Below, in pieces: positions 48,640 to 61,711 of a DNA stretch of 64,000 bases. A program made the translations under genes and the position numbers. The DNA is from Gekko japonicus. Lineage: Eukaryota. The notes below the pieces were generated by a model. That model saw only the letters and a list, made by a program, of their open reading frames with translations, did no database searches and had not been told where the DNA came from. The stretch spans positions 62,001 to 126,000 of the forward strand of contig NW_015168075.1 in assembly GCF_001447785.1 (NCBI RefSeq). Reading direction: 5' to 3'. Within the stretch, counting starts at the first letter, position 1. The number at the start of each line of letters is the position of its first letter.

Positions 48640-49150
48640 CTAGGGATGGGGAAGAGCCAGGGAAATGTGGTTCAGTTTGTGGCATGCCCAGTTCGTGAGC
48701 CTTGATCTGTCACAAACCTTTAGGGACCAAATGAACTGGTTCAGTTCATGAGGTTTATGATATGGTGAGATACTCCCCCTGGCATGCTAGAGACACCAAA
48801 CTTGCAGGCAATCTCTAACTGACTCTCCTCTACCTGCCCTCCAAGTTTGGAGAGGTTTGGATTTATGTGGTCTGAATTACAGCCTCTTAAAAAAGGTTCC
48901 TTAGGAAAGTGCTTTCTGGGGAAATGACAGGTGCAGGTTCAGGAGTGTATAGAGCGGACCCTATGCCGGGGATCTCCCTCTCATGCTCCTGTACATGCCC
49001 GTCATGTTATGTGCAGATTGGGCTTCAGGGGTCCAAGTTATGCCCCCCCAAAGAAGATGCCCCCAGGAAAGTGCTTTTCAGGAATGCAAAAATGTTTGTA
49101 AAAGTGCCTTTTTTTCCTCAGTATGTTGTAAAGCTGAACCATGGAGCCAA
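48640..49150. mobile_element. decayed hAT-like fragment
   Basis: TAGGGATGGG start with GGTTC subterminal motifs as at 23321; the right end is not found. Confidence 0.4.
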
Positions 49151-49229
49151 ATACAACAGCTGGAGAAGGTAGGTGTATACCCTGAAGCAGTAATGTAGTT
49201 GGCAATATATTAGGTGAAAATTAGGTGAA

Positions 49230-50970
49230 AACGCCCAACCACATGCGACCTTGATCCGTGCCCCTCCTGGCTCATAAAAGCGTGTCATAAGGGGTTCTGA
49301 GGTGTCCTGCGGGAGATTATCAACACGTCCCCCTTGGAGGGATGGTTCCCGGAGGCATTCAAGGAAGCGATGGTCCGCCCTCTCTTGAAAAAGCCATCTT
49401 TGGACCCAACCGAATTGGCCAACTATCAGCCGGTGTCCAATTTGCCCTATTTGGGCAAACTTATTGAGAGAGCGGTGGTGTTACAGCTACAGGGCTTTCT
49501 GGATGATGCTTCTGTCCTCGATCCCTTCCAGTCCGGCTTCCGCCCGGGTCATGGGACAGAGACGGTGCTGGTCGCCCTGACTGATGATCTCCAAAGGCAT
49601 TTGGATCAGGGTGGTGTGGCAGCACTGGTGTTGCTAGATCTGTCGGCTACGTTCGACATGGTTGACCACCAGTTGCTGACCCACCGCCTCGCTGACGTGG
49701 GGATTCAGGGGCTTGCCCTTCAATGGGTTGCCTCTTTTCTCCAAGATCGGGGACAAAGGGTGGCGATAGGGGACCAGCGGTCCCGGAGACACCCCCTTGA
49801 GTGTGGGGTGCCACAGGGGGCTGTGCTGTCCTCAATGTTGTTTAACATCTACATGCGCCCCCTTGCCCAGATTGCCTGGAGTTGTGGGCTTGGGTGTCAT
49901 CAATATGCGGATGACACCCAGCTCTATCTGATGTTGGGCGGCCAATCAAACTCTGCCCCGGATGACCTACATCGGGCGTTACAGGCTGTGGCTGGATGGC
50001 TCAGACTGAGCTGGTTGAAACTAAACCCGGCAAAGACGGAGGTCCTGCGCCTGAGTCGGACTGTTTTAGGGTTGGGGCTCCCGCTCCCGACCTTCGATGG
50101 GGTACCTTTGGTGCCAGCGCCGGAGGTTAGGAGTTTGGGTGTGCTCCTGGACTCCTCTCTAATGATGGAAGCCCAGGTGGCAGCCACTGCCAAGTCGGCC
50201 TTTTATAATCTTCGACTGGCTCGGCAGTTGGTCCCCTTCCTTGACCGTGATGACCTGGCCACAGTGATCCATGCGACGGTCACCTCGAGGTTAGACTACT
50301 GTAACACTCTCTACTTGGGGCTGCCTTTGTCGCAGATCCGGAAGCTGCAGCTAGTGCAGAATGCTGCAGCCAGGCTGTTGATGGGTCTCTCTAGGAGGGA
50401 TCACATTTGGCCTGTGCTGAAAGCGCTGCACTGGCTGCCAATAGCATACCGGATCCACTTTAAAGGGCACTACGGTTGGGGAGTCAACATCTCCTGGAAA
50501 TTCCAGGCCCCAAGAAGGTTAAATTTGCTGTTACTAGAGCCAGGGCATTTTCGGTGGCGGCTCCTACCTGGTGGAAGGAGCTCCCGGAGGAGATCCGGGC
50601 CCTGCAGGACCTTTCGCAGTTCCACAGGGCCTGTAAGACAGAGCTCTTCCACCAGGCTTTCGAGTAGGAGCTGCCGCCACTATAATTCCACCACCTATAT
50701 GTATGCAGCATCGCACCACTACCACCAATATGTGGTTCCATCTGGGTGCGAGGTGACCCTGGAAGGAGAGGGAATGACAAGTTGCGGGACCAATGCCATT
50801 TGACTAAGATCTACCCCATCTTGCACTGACACTTTGTTGTTGTATTATAGTGTTTTACTGTTTTAGACTGTTTTATCTGTTTTAATTCTGGCCCTTGTGC
50901 CTCGTTGTTAGCCGCCCTGAGCCTTCGGGGAGGGCGGGATATAAATCCAAAAATAAATAAATAAATAAAT
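49230..50970 (+). mobile_element. relatively young 5'-truncated L2 LINE with intact RT core
   Basis: ORF 49334-50803: QSGFRPGHGTETVL, LLDLSATFD, GVPQGAVL, YADDTQLY, LKLNPAKTE, RLDYCN; 3' end GCCGCCCTGAGCC..GGGAGGGCGGG + (TAAA)n. Confidence 0.95.
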
Positions 50971-50989
50971 GAAATATTTGCTCCACTAT

Positions 50990-51517
50990 CCATTTTCCAT
51001 CCTCGGTAGTCGGGCTCAACCATCGAGTGGCCATGTCTCACAGTGCAGCTATGGTGACCCTAGGGCATCCGGATGGGGACAGGGGCAAGGTCCCGAACTT
51101 CAAGCGGTATGTCTCAGGGCTGGCCCCGTAGCAGTCCAGAATGGCCACTTTAAATTTCCCATAGTCCGAGGCCTTGGCCTTTTCAGGGGTGTTCATAGCT
51201 ACTTGGGTTTCTCGAGTTAAGTATGGCCCCAGTATACAGGCCCATTGGTCTGCTGGCCAGTGGGCTGCCTCTGCAGTCCATTGGAATGCTTCTAAAAAGG
51301 CCTCAATTTCATCCTCTGGGCCCAACTTCATTAGTGGGGTCCAAGGGGTCCGAGCTGTCATGCCGCTCCCAGATCCTTGGGCTCGGCCTGCTGTGACGAT
51401 GGCTTGTTGGAAGTTCCGTAGCAGTGCTGCCTGGGCTTGTTGCTGCTGTTGGGTGACATCCCTAACTAGTTGGGCCTGTTGTTTGGTGAGTCACTGCCCG
51501 AATTGGGTAAAGTCCAT
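50990..51517 (-). pseudogene. Gmr1-like Gypsy gag (capsid, upstream of/including SCAN-like start), disrupted
   Basis: MDFTQFGQ*LTKQQAQL..QQQ coiled coil, KLGPEDEIEAFLEAF..AEAAHWPADQWA..L.PYLT..Q..DYGKFKVAILD..PETYRLKF..P..*DMATRWLSP. Confidence 0.82.
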
Positions 51518-51714
51518 GGCTTCTGTGGGTGGGCTGGTTGGAGGGGTGCACAAGTGAACCGATGCCTGACTTTCTTTGGACCCGGAGGACTCACCAGCCG
51601 ATGAAGAGATGTCTGCGACTTCGCTCACCATGCTGGTTCCAGAGTGCAAGGCCGGTGGTTGCCACCCAGGAGGGGGGGGGGAATAGAGTGTAGGCTTCGT
51701 TAGCGGGCCATCCC

Positions 51715-51730
51715 TGCCCACATTCTCCAC
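51715..51730 (-). promoter_or_regulatory. primer-binding site complementary to tRNA-Ala 3' end
   Basis: Minus strand GTGGAGAATGTGGGCA versus expected TGGTGGAGAATGCGGGCA, ~200 bp upstream of the gag ATG. Confidence 0.7.
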
Positions 51731-52945
51731 ATTCTCCAACACGCGATCATGGACCTCCTGTCCTCCCAGGGGTCTCCCATCAGTTGCTGTGGTTTTCAGG
51801 AGTCACTGCCACATCTCGCCGAGCCCCGCATGTGCTCTCTGGGATGGAGCAAGGGTTGCCACTGGAGGTAACCAGGAAAGTCTGCAAGGCTTCGGAAGGA
51901 AGATGGGCTTAAGACCGGGGGCGTACTGCAAAGGGGCTACTTCACCCCTCTTGGCCCCGCAGAGATTCCGCTGTCTCGTTCCCATCTCTCTCTCTGCCTC
52001 GCTCTCACAGCTCCTCTCTGGTTCCTCCCTGGCCCCTTTCCTTCCCAACCTTTATTGCTTTCCCAGTTCCCCATGCCACCCCTTGCTTGTAGCCCTGCTC
52101 TCCTTCAAATAGACCAACGCCAATTCATCCCATGCTGGTTGAGGGCCCTTAGAGTAGGCAAACCCCCACCCTCTGGGGGATCTGGCAGGCCTAAGTTCTG
52201 CATATGATTGTACTATTCATTCCAGCACTCACAAAAAACTAATTGCATTTTATTTTGAAAAGAATTTGATTTCTTCCAAGCAGCAGATCCTGATATGTAT
52301 TTTTCCAAATGCCCCACTCACTCACAACCTTAATGCCAGTAGCTCACAAAATAGAATTTTTGCTCACAAGACTGTACAGATTAGAGGGAGCATTGCATAG
52401 GACTGCTGTTTTGGAATACAATGTAATTATAGTTGCATAATATAATATGACTAAGAGTAAGGGCCATTGTGGGAAGAAATACCACGAACTCTAGAAAGAA
52501 GCTTCAGGTGAGTGTTCCAGCTGTGGCTGGTGGGACAGTGGAGGGAAAGGGAAAATAGAGGGAGGTGAGCCATGTGTATTTCCTTCTGCTTAGCTATAAG
52601 GCAGGCTGTCTCAAATAATTTTGCTGCCCCAAGTGGGTAGTACAGGAGGAGAGCCACATTGTAACAGGTATGATTCCCTCCAGCCCTGACTTATGTTGAT
52701 TTAGGGCTATGCAGTGGCAGCTAGTGTCATGAGTGCTGCTGAGGATGAGCTCCCAGCCCCAGCAGAACCCACATCTGACCCTGATGAAGCCACAGAGCCC
52801 GTAGGTGTATCCTTGCCGCCCGTCCCAGCAACAGCTGAGGAAGAATGACGCATGGCAGACAGCCCCTCTGACTCACCTCCACAAGTGGCATGTTTGCGGA
52901 GCCGGCTCCATCAAGATTTAGCATCCCAGCAGCCCTTGAGGGGTA

Positions 52946-53198
52946 TTTGGTGTAGTGGTTTGGTGTAGTGGTTAAGTGTGCAGACTCTAATCTGGGAGAA
53001 CCGGGTTTGATTCCCCACTCCTCCACGTGCACCTGCTGATGTGACCTTGGGTCAGTCACAAGCTCTGGCACAGCTGTCCTTGAAAAAGAGCAGTTTCTGT
53101 CAGTACTCTCTCAGCCCCACCCACCTCACAGGGTGTCTGTTGTGGGGAGGGGAAGGGAGAGGAGTTTGTAAGCCGCTCTGAGACGCCAAGTGAAGGGT
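52946..53198 (+). mobile_element. Squam3-type SINE (runs into gap)
   Basis: Duplicated head TTTGGTGTAGTGG x2; body as 37531-37800. Confidence 0.9.
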
Positions 53199-53328
53199 NN
53201 NNNNNNNNNNNNNNNNNNNNNNNNNNNNNNNNNNNNNNNNNNNNNNNNNNNNNNNNNNNNNNNNNNNNNNNNNNNNNNNNNNNNNNNNNNNNNNNNNNNN
53301 NNNNNNNNNNNNNNNNNNNNNNNNNNNN
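53199..53328. other. assembly gap (N run)
   Basis: Run of N. Confidence 1.
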
Positions 53329-53637
53329 TGCTGGTTCCTTGTGCCAGCAACTAGTCAACTTGATGATGCTCCCGCACCCACCTCACCCATGTTCTCGGTT
53401 TCTAACTTGTGCTTTGAACTCTCAGCTCCTCGACCCCGGCTTCAACGACTATGCTTTCAGTTTGTGTGTTGGACTCTGTTATTCGGTTCCTGTTTTGCTA
53501 CCTTGGACTGGACCTGGACTATCTCTCTCTTGCTTTGCCCGCACTCCAGTCTGTGACAGCTAAGCTAGAAAAGCACCTCCTCCTATGCCATGTTTTCTGG
53601 GTTCAAAGAGTCCAGAAAGCAGTTCCATAGCCAGTTA

Positions 53638-53899
53638 CAGGGTTGCCAACTCTGTGTTGGGAAATGCCTGTAGATTTGAGAGGTAGGGCCTGGGGAGGGC
53701 AGGGTTTGGGTTGGAGAGGGTATAATGCCATAGTCCACTGCCCAAAGCAGCCATTGTTTCCAGGAGAACTGATCTTGGTCATCTGGAGATCAGTTGTAAT
53801 AGCTGGGAAATTTTCTGTAGGGGAAATGATGTGCTGTGGCTGGGGAACATGGTGATTTCCAGGAGATCTCCAGGCACCACAGAGAGATTGGCAACCCCA
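53638..53899. mobile_element. hAT-Blackjack-like MITE
   Basis: CAGGGTTGCCAA...TTGGCAACCCCA. Confidence 0.7.
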
Positions 53900-54637
53900 G
53901 TGAACATTTAGGGGAATATTGGGAGATGTATTTTGCCTTGGGACACATTCAATGACTCGCAACAGCAAACTGTTAAGAATGTTGGAAGTGAGGGCCAATT
54001 GCAAATGACCTCTGTTGTTCCAACTGGCTGGGGGGGGGGGAGATGACGTGCAGAATGGACTGAGGCCACATATGCAAATGACCTTGAAAGGCTAGCCTAT
54101 TCAGGCAGAAAGTGAGTTGTCGAGAACACGACTAGCCTTTTATTTATATATCTAGACTAGATGGTTGGGAAGGGCACCAGGGTTGCACCTAAAGCAGTTC
54201 TGGTTCATTTATACTACATGTTGCCTAACTGAAAGAAATAGCTACAATTCCTCCCCTCTAGTTTGGCAGGTATCATTGTGACCTGGTTAATCTTTTAGCT
54301 TGCTCATATCCTTCCAGCACCACTCCACCATGCTTTTGCAGAGACTCTGGGGCCTAAAGCAGGGACCTCAGGTGCACACCTAGCTGAGTACTTGAAACCC
54401 TTTGAAACCATGCAGGGTTTGTCCAGAATATTAAAATACTCTAAACAGGAGGAAGAGGCAATGACATGGTAAATTCTGATATTTCTGGATTTTATATAAC
54501 ATTGTAGTTAACATACAGTTTTCATATAACTCAACAGGCTAACAAATTCTTAATGTATGCACTACTACTCTACCAAAATATAAATGAACAGAATTGTTGT
54601 TCTTTTCTAGTGATAGTATTTTCTCTCTGTGTGTATA

Positions 54638-54767
54638 TCCAACTGTCACTTTTCTTTTCCTGCTTCTGGCTCTAGCCTTTTCAAATTCTCCTGTGTGTAT
54701 CCAACTGTCACTTTCCAACTGTCACTTTTCTTTTCTTGCTTCTGGCTCTAGCCTTTTCAAATTCTCT
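54638..54767. repeat. local ~50-bp direct duplication
   Basis: CCAACTGTCACTTTTCTTTTC(C/T)TGCTTCTGGCTCTAGCCTTTTCAAATTCTC occurs twice. Confidence 0.9.
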
Positions 54768-54907
54768 GGTTACTCGCATTCATGTCTTTCCAAGATAGGA
54801 AGGCTTAGGGGGTATTACACATCCGGCATTGGCTCTTGTGAATGGCTATGAATTGAGGGTTCTATATTAGAGATGTGCACACATTGGGTTGGATCCAACC
54901 AGCAATT

Positions 54908-55113
54908 CATAAGAACATAAGAGACGCCAATGTTGAATCAGGCCAAAGGCCCATCCAGTCCAACACTCTGTGTCACACAGTGGCCAGAAATACCAGGTGC
55001 CATCAGGAGGTCCACCAGTGGGGCCAGGACATTAGAAGCCCTCCCACTGTTGACCCCTCCCAAGCACCAAGAAGACAGAGCATCACTTGCCCCAGAGCCC
55101 CTATCTATACCTT
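54908..55113 (-). mobile_element. CR1 3' end
   Basis: Near-identical to 40450-40650. Confidence 0.88.
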
Positions 55114-55227
55114 GTTGCTTGTTGTTCCTGTCTGCTTTTCAAGTTGCAACTTAAGCTGTTGATCTCAGGTGCCTGCAGCAAACACAGCAGGTTCTCAATA
55201 AGACTCTTCACACTCAGGGCTGCTTAA

Positions 55228-55324
55228 AGAATCATAGAATCACAGAGTTGGACGAGGCCATACAGGCCATCTAGTCCAACCCCTGCTCAATGCAGGATCA
55301 GCCTAGAGCATTCCCGACAAGTGT
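55228..55324 (-). mobile_element. CR1 3' tip
   Basis: Near-identical to 34753-34850. Confidence 0.85.
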
Positions 55325-55942
55325 GAGGAGTAGGAGGACACTGGAGCTGGACAAGTGATGTGATTTGATTTCATATAAAGGTTAGGTTAGTTATGAGTGA
55401 TAAGACGGTAACCCTACAGGGGATCTATGTGAGAGGGTCCACTGTAGTGTTTGGCAGCGCTCCTCACATATGCTTACAAACATGCACACATGTTCAGCAG
55501 TTCCACCAGACTTCTGATCTACCTACTCAAATTTCCTCCCTTCCACTGGCAGAAGATAGATAAGTAGAAGAAATACTGAAAAGAAACGGGACAATACAAC
55601 CAGCTAGAGTTCTGGGTATGGAGGTTCCTGAGTTTCATTGATACTCTGATATGATTTAAAAGTTGAAGTTTCTTTTATTGGTTTTCAGTGTTCAAGATAA
55701 CATTGTGGCAGTCTTTTTACCAACAAAATAACAAAATTCAGTAATAAAACGGATACTTGCTTCAGCATAAAATGGTGGAAAATTGGCATAAAATGCTGTA
55801 AAAAGTAACCAGCAAAACAGGAAAACATGCAAAGAAAATATGTTGGATGAAAATGTTCACATAAGCAAAACAATGAAAAACCTAATAGAGCACATTTTCC
55901 TTTAAAGTAAGAGTGCCAGCACATGCTGATGAAAACATTTTA

Positions 55943-56341
55943 GGCCCCGATCACACTAGCGGGAAACGTGGCAGTGGGATCAGACAGGTCCCCCGAGGCT
56001 CTGCACTTCTGCCGGCAGCCGCAATCACATGCTGCAGGGGAAGCAACTCTAAGAAGGATGAGGAGGGCCAGCCACAGCAGTTGTGCGCATGCACAGTTTG
56101 CCATTACCATGCATACCACGGGATAACTGCTCATCGGTGATCCCACAGCCACTGTTGCTGTGCGTCATCCAGTAGGTAATGCCCTTTCACTAGTCTCTTT
56201 TAGATCTATATCTTCAGCCAGAAAAGACGGGTTGGGGGCGGGGGCGCAACGCTTTCCAGATGTTGGCATCTGATTGCGCTGGTTTAATCCGCCCTCAAAC
56301 AGTCTGTTTCACGGGACAAATCCTCCCGTGTGACCAGGGCC
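55943..56341. mobile_element. PIF/Harbinger MITE
   Basis: TIR GGCCCCGATCACAC / revcomp GGCCCTGGTCACAC; 3-bp TSD TTA on both sides, as expected for PIF/Harbinger. Confidence 0.85.
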
Positions 56342-57299
56342 TTAATCTCTCTGAAATTGTTTTTGACCCAATTCAAGGTCATACTGGATGTCTGCAGAAA
56401 GCAATTCAAATTCTCTGAGCTTTCAGGCTCCTTGCTGGCTATCTTTTCTCCTTTCTTTGACCCTGACTTAAGTCAAGTAAAAAATCTTTTCTGTTCAACT
56501 CTCCCCTTAGATGTTTCCCACTCAATGCACTGCTTGGTGATTCATTGCAGCAGAAATCCTGAGCTATTCTGTCCTTCTTTCAATTCATTACCTGACTCTG
56601 TGCATGGATAATTAGCAGGTTATGGAAGTAGAAATTCAGTCTCACACGCTGAGTGTCAAAATGCCATAAATTCAAAAATATACCTATAACCTTAAATAAT
56701 TTTTACTGTAAATTTAATCCTTAGAGTCTTCCATCAAATGAATTGTGGAGCATAAAAACCAAGCACACATATTAGGTGCAGACATTAGGAAGCAGGGCTA
56801 TTGCAGCTCTAATGCAATTTCCTCTCTGGTGCCAAGCTATGGTTCTGCATTAATATTTCAAAAAATTAAATTGATGCTTAAACTTTCTGACCAACTTTGC
56901 AAATTAGCTTCTGTTTCAGAAAGGCAAGGTGCTTGATTTCAACATAGGAGGAGAGAATTCTCTTGAACACTTTCCAAATTTACTCCTATTAGGAGGTTTA
57001 GCAGTGGTAAACAAGCACTTTGAAGCAACTACTTCTTTGAAATCCAAAATGTTCCTGGGTTAATGAGACCAGCATTACACAAAATGAATGTCCTACATGA
57101 CAGGCCACTCTTACATCCATGTGGATTTGATGCTGCAGTTTGTGTTGCCTCCATGCTATTCTGAAACATTCTTGAAGAAAACAAGGCAGTTTATGGCCAG
57201 TCCAGATGGCAAACTGCTGCACATATAGCCTTATGCGCATGGGTGCAGTTACTGGGTAAGTGCTTACTCATTTACCCTACATGGTAAGTGCTTATTCAT

Positions 57300-57850
57300 T
57301 TCTTATTTATTTCCTTTATAATCCACCTGTCTCACAGAGCCTGAAGACAGATTACAAAAATTAAATCCCAACAATACCCCACACTGAGCTATGGGGAAAA
57401 GCATTAAAAAAACTGTTTACAAACTTCCAACAAACATTAAAAAAAGAATGTCCATTTCTTAGAAATACCCACTTCAAAAGTTCCATTCTACAGAAGAATA
57501 TTTAGTGTGAGAGCTTTCCTGTCTTAATCAGGTAGGTTATTTCTCCAGGTGGAGGGTTTAACAGAGAAAGTGGCTGATCTTTCCCGTTTGCAGGCTAGTA
57601 TCTTCAAAAGGTCTTGCTCAGATAAGCAAAACTGCCAAAGCAGAGACTGGCGATGTGATTCTGCAGATACTTGGGTTCTAGGCCACACTTTGAACTGAAC
57701 CCAGAAATGAACTGATAACTAATGGGATGACTGTAGAATAGCCTTATTCCACATAGTTCTTGATAGTAATTGAGATGCAGCTGAAGTTTCTGCGTTGCCT
57801 TCAAGAGCACTTCCATGTAGTCCACAGTTCCACAGTAGTACAGCTTCAAG
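57300..57850 (-). mobile_element. old L2 fragment
   Basis: KLYYCGTVDYMEVLLKATQKLQL resembles L2 RLDYCN..LP..KLQL; (TATT) tail. Confidence 0.65.
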
Positions 57851-59199
57851 ACTCAGAATATTGTGCCTTTGGTCTGTACTAAAAAGCTACTTTTATAAAC
57901 ATATAGGTTAGAAATATTTTTTTAAAAATCACACAATTCTAGTGTTTCCAAAATGGTGTCTATTAGTGGTTCATGCAAGCCATGTGGCTGGGCTGCCCTA
58001 TTGAAGAATTAGGGCAGCATTCTGTTACAAGTAACCTCTATGTCAAGGAAAGAGATTTGTGCATCCACAATTGCAGTCAGTATTCCATTCTTAGGCACCA
58101 AGGCAAAAGACCAGCCTTTATTCCACCAGCCTGTAATTCTAATTCTGTAAAGTAATATCTGTTTCAAGTAGGCAAGGAGTTTGCCTTCAGATTAACAGGA
58201 CAGAATTTGGGCTTTCCAACTGCTGCTATTAGGAAATTTATTAGTGGCCATTACTATGAAAGCTATTTTTTGGATGTATCTTGAGTGAGACTGGGATCTG
58301 TGCCCAAATCCTTGCTTACCCATGAAGCTCATTGGGTGACTTTGGGGCAGTTACTCCCCTCCAATCCAACCTGAGTCAAAGGACTGTTGTGAGGATAATG
58401 TATGGGGGTGGACTATGTATGCTGCCTTGTGTGTCTTTGATAAAATATGTGATAGAATAATGCTTTTTTTCAAGGAGTTGATAACCATGTGGGGTGGCAA
58501 CTACTTCTTAATATGTCTCCATGCTGCTGCAAAACTATTAGTCATTTGTGGAAGCAGAAGCGTATGGCATTAGCTGGCCCAAAGACAAAACACCGCAGTT
58601 CAGAGTAGGCAACTCACTATGATTAGGAATGTGTATTTGGGATATTAAATAATCAAACCATGAATCACAACATCTCTTTTTTGTTACCGTTGTTATTGTA
58701 ACTAGTCTTAATTGAAAAGATAATGAAAGAATAATGACAGTAACTAATATTCAGAAATCCTCAGATTATCTCCACTGTCTTGGTGCCTGATTCTTACAGT
58801 TAGATCATAGAAGAAAGGGGCGGGGAAAGGAGAGAATGAGTTAGTGGGTAATTTAACTGATGAGTAGGATATTTTACTGGGCATTATAAAAATCTTGCCA
58901 CAGAAGATGATTGTCAGATACACAGAGAGTGCCAGTAAAAATGCTTTCTCTAAGTATCTCAGAGAGTGAAGCTAATAGCAGCTGAATTGGGAGGGGGGAG
59001 AAATGGGGGAGAAAGGATTAAAAAGTGCATCAACATCATTTGTACTCTGACCCTCAATGCTAATGATGAATTTTATTTGGGATGTGTAGTGGACAGTGAA
59101 TAGTTAACGTTTTAACTCAGTCTGAGAACCTTGAGTGACAGGGGGTTCAAATGGAATTCTACAACTGAGGGTGAGAGAGTGGCAGTTAAGAGTGGCAGT

Positions 59200-59668
59200 T
59201 AGTTCAGTTAACAGTTTGTGATGGCAAAAATAAAGAACACAATAGACCAAGCTGAGTCTTCAACAGCATACATATCCAAATTTGAGTCTACTTGGTACCC
59301 AATATTTTCTTACTTAATAACACATGACATACTTCCATCTAACTCCAATTTCCACAACTGGTTGATACAATGAAACACAGCCCTAGTTAACTCATTCCTG
59401 AAGGCCCAACACTAATTGGAAACAATACAGTTAATATGACAAGTTACACACCAACATTTAAGGGATTAAAATTCTTTGCATTCATAAAAGAATTTACCTG
59501 TTTAAGATTCTAGAACCACGGAGTATTTTATTTATGTTAGATTGTTTTATCAGATTGGGTTATAAGTTATTGTTATAAGAATATGTTTTCATATGAATAT
59601 TCTCTTGTTATGGTATTTTAGCAGTTGTATGTTATGTTAAAATAAATAAAAATAAATTTAAAAAAGAA
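59200..59668 (+). mobile_element. L1 extreme 3' fragment
   Basis: MAKIKNT..KFESTWYPIFSYL (L1 ORF2 C-terminal pattern), T-rich UTR, AATAAA/A-tail. Confidence 0.6.
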
Positions 59669-59947
59669 GTTGAGTTAAGAATGAGTAGGGTTGCCAGTCC
59701 AGGCAGCGGTTCTCCCAATTTTTCAGGCTTCTGCCCATCTAATAAAGCAGTTTGTTTGTATCAAATTACTTTCTGCCTCACTTGCACCATGACCTGACAT
59801 ACACAAATGAAGGATTTCTGTTGGTCCTCAGTTCCCTGGGCTGGACAAGCACATATCCATATCCATTTAAACAACTGGGTGAGACAGACAGATAAACAAA
59901 GAAAAAAAGGGGGCTGCTCTGCCAAGAAAAAGAAACAGAAGTGGTGA

Positions 59948-60225
59948 ATTTATTTTATTTTTATTTTATTTACTTCCAATTTATACCCCATCTTGCCGGT
60001 ACAAACTGGCTCAAGGTGGCTTACATAAGCTAAAATACAATAAATACCATAAAATTCATAATAAAACAATTGCATAAAGTGCTAGTACAAACAGTGCAAA
60101 TAGATGGCGGCGGTTTTCTATACATGATCCTGTAAGAAAAGACGTTATAACAGGGCCGTGGCATGTTTGACTTACAATGGTACATTCATCATTGGTGGCT
60201 CTTAACGGAAGGTCTGGTGGAATAT
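59948..60225 (-). mobile_element. L2 3' tail fragment
   Basis: (ATTTT)n tail, GGCTCAAGGTGGCTTACA. Confidence 0.65.
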
Positions 60226-61463
60226 CTGTTACATTCTTGAGACTAACAGTTTTGCTCTGCCATTTTTTATCTTTTTAGGATAGCTGTCATTTAGTTTTAA
60301 CTTTGCTTGGTGCTATAGGTTTCAAGATGGAAGTTGCAGATGCATTGACTCATGCTTACAGATGAATGGTGAGTCTCCTTAAGTGTTAGAATTGCACCTA
60401 CTCAACCAAAGATGGCTGCATTACCTCTCCATGCAACCTGAACACTTCCTGCTAACCAAGACTATTCAGCTAACCTGGGTAGCTTAACCTTTTCAGCTCA
60501 TGGATTTTGCCACTAACAGGAGGATCAAAGAAACAGTGGCCAGTCATTCACTTGTCTAGAAGATTCCCTGAGTTAAAGAATACAGAAGAACATAAAAGGT
60601 CATGATGAACCAACTGAGGAAAAATTTAATTCAGTCTTTTAAAAATAAATTTGAAACTTCTTATTAATTAAATTTACTCTCTGCACTTCTACTTACTAAT
60701 GTATTTTATAGTTATCTTAAACCTTTTATATTTTGGCATTAATTATATTCATTTTTGAGTTATCTTTGTAATCTCCTTTATTTACTTAAGATTAATACAT
60801 TTCTGCAATTTATAGCATTTTGTAACCTTTGCTGTACAATATTAGTCGGCCATTCATTAACACTGTAATACTGTTGAATTATTGGTGTGTTTCAAAATAT
60901 CAGTAAATGTCATTACATTAATCTGACTGGCTCGGTGTTTTGTTATTTTTCTTAATAATAATAATGTGTTGGGAAACTGGATGAATGGGGATTTGGGACA
61001 CAAAAGAATACATTAAATGGGAGTTTATTAGAGACCTGGGCATTCTTTTTATATGGGTGAAATTTCCCAACCAGCACATTAACATATATGCCTACTTTAT
61101 ATTGAATCAGAATATCGGCCTCTCCAGATCAGCACGGTCTACTATGGCAGCTATCTTAAACAGGTATACTTAGGAGTAAGTCTCATGCTATTCAATGAAG
61201 TTTACTCCCAGGAAGGTGTTCTTAGGTTTGCAACTTATGACTGGAAACAGAACCCTTATGGGTCTCTGGCATAGAGGGGTCTTCCTAACACATGCTGCTT
61301 ACGATGCATTAATTGGAATGAACTTGAAACTTTTAGATAGAGCCACAACTGCTCCCCAGTAACATAAGGGAAACGTTTTCATGCTGAATATTTCTAGCTC
61401 TCAACTGATTTCTAAGTTAGATTTGGGTGCAAAGATAAACATGATACAAAGGAGAGAACTGAG

Positions 61464-61711
61464 GGCTAAACTATGTGTGAGATTTTAACTTCTTGTGGAG
61501 CCGCAAATATGGGGAAAGCGCTGTTTCTGCGTGGGGAAATGTCTTAAGGAGGAAGGCAGCAGCCCCCCCGCGCACAGCATTTCAGACCCATTTGGGCACT
61601 CCTTTATTTTTAAAAAGCCATTCCCTGCAGGTGTGTGGCTGCGGAGAATCTGAGTTGAGTCCAGAGTCCACCTGGAGCCAACCCATTAAAAACCTAAACA
61701 TGTAGTTTGGC
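61464..61711. mobile_element. possible Harbinger-like MITE
   Basis: GGCTAAACTATGTG ... CATGTAGTTTGGC imperfect inverted ends; GC-rich. Confidence 0.45.

Larger units (their letters stand above)
52725..53558 (+). mobile_element. solo Gypsy-type LTR with SINE insertion and gap
   Basis: TGTCA...TGACA inverted ends; flanks GCTAG / GCTAA (TSD matching 4/5). Confidence 0.65.

Noticed and set aside
49334-50803. Retron, group II intron or host RT gene (YADD motif)
   Set aside because: The motifs and 3' tail are typical L2 LINE; it is 5'-truncated and frameshifted.
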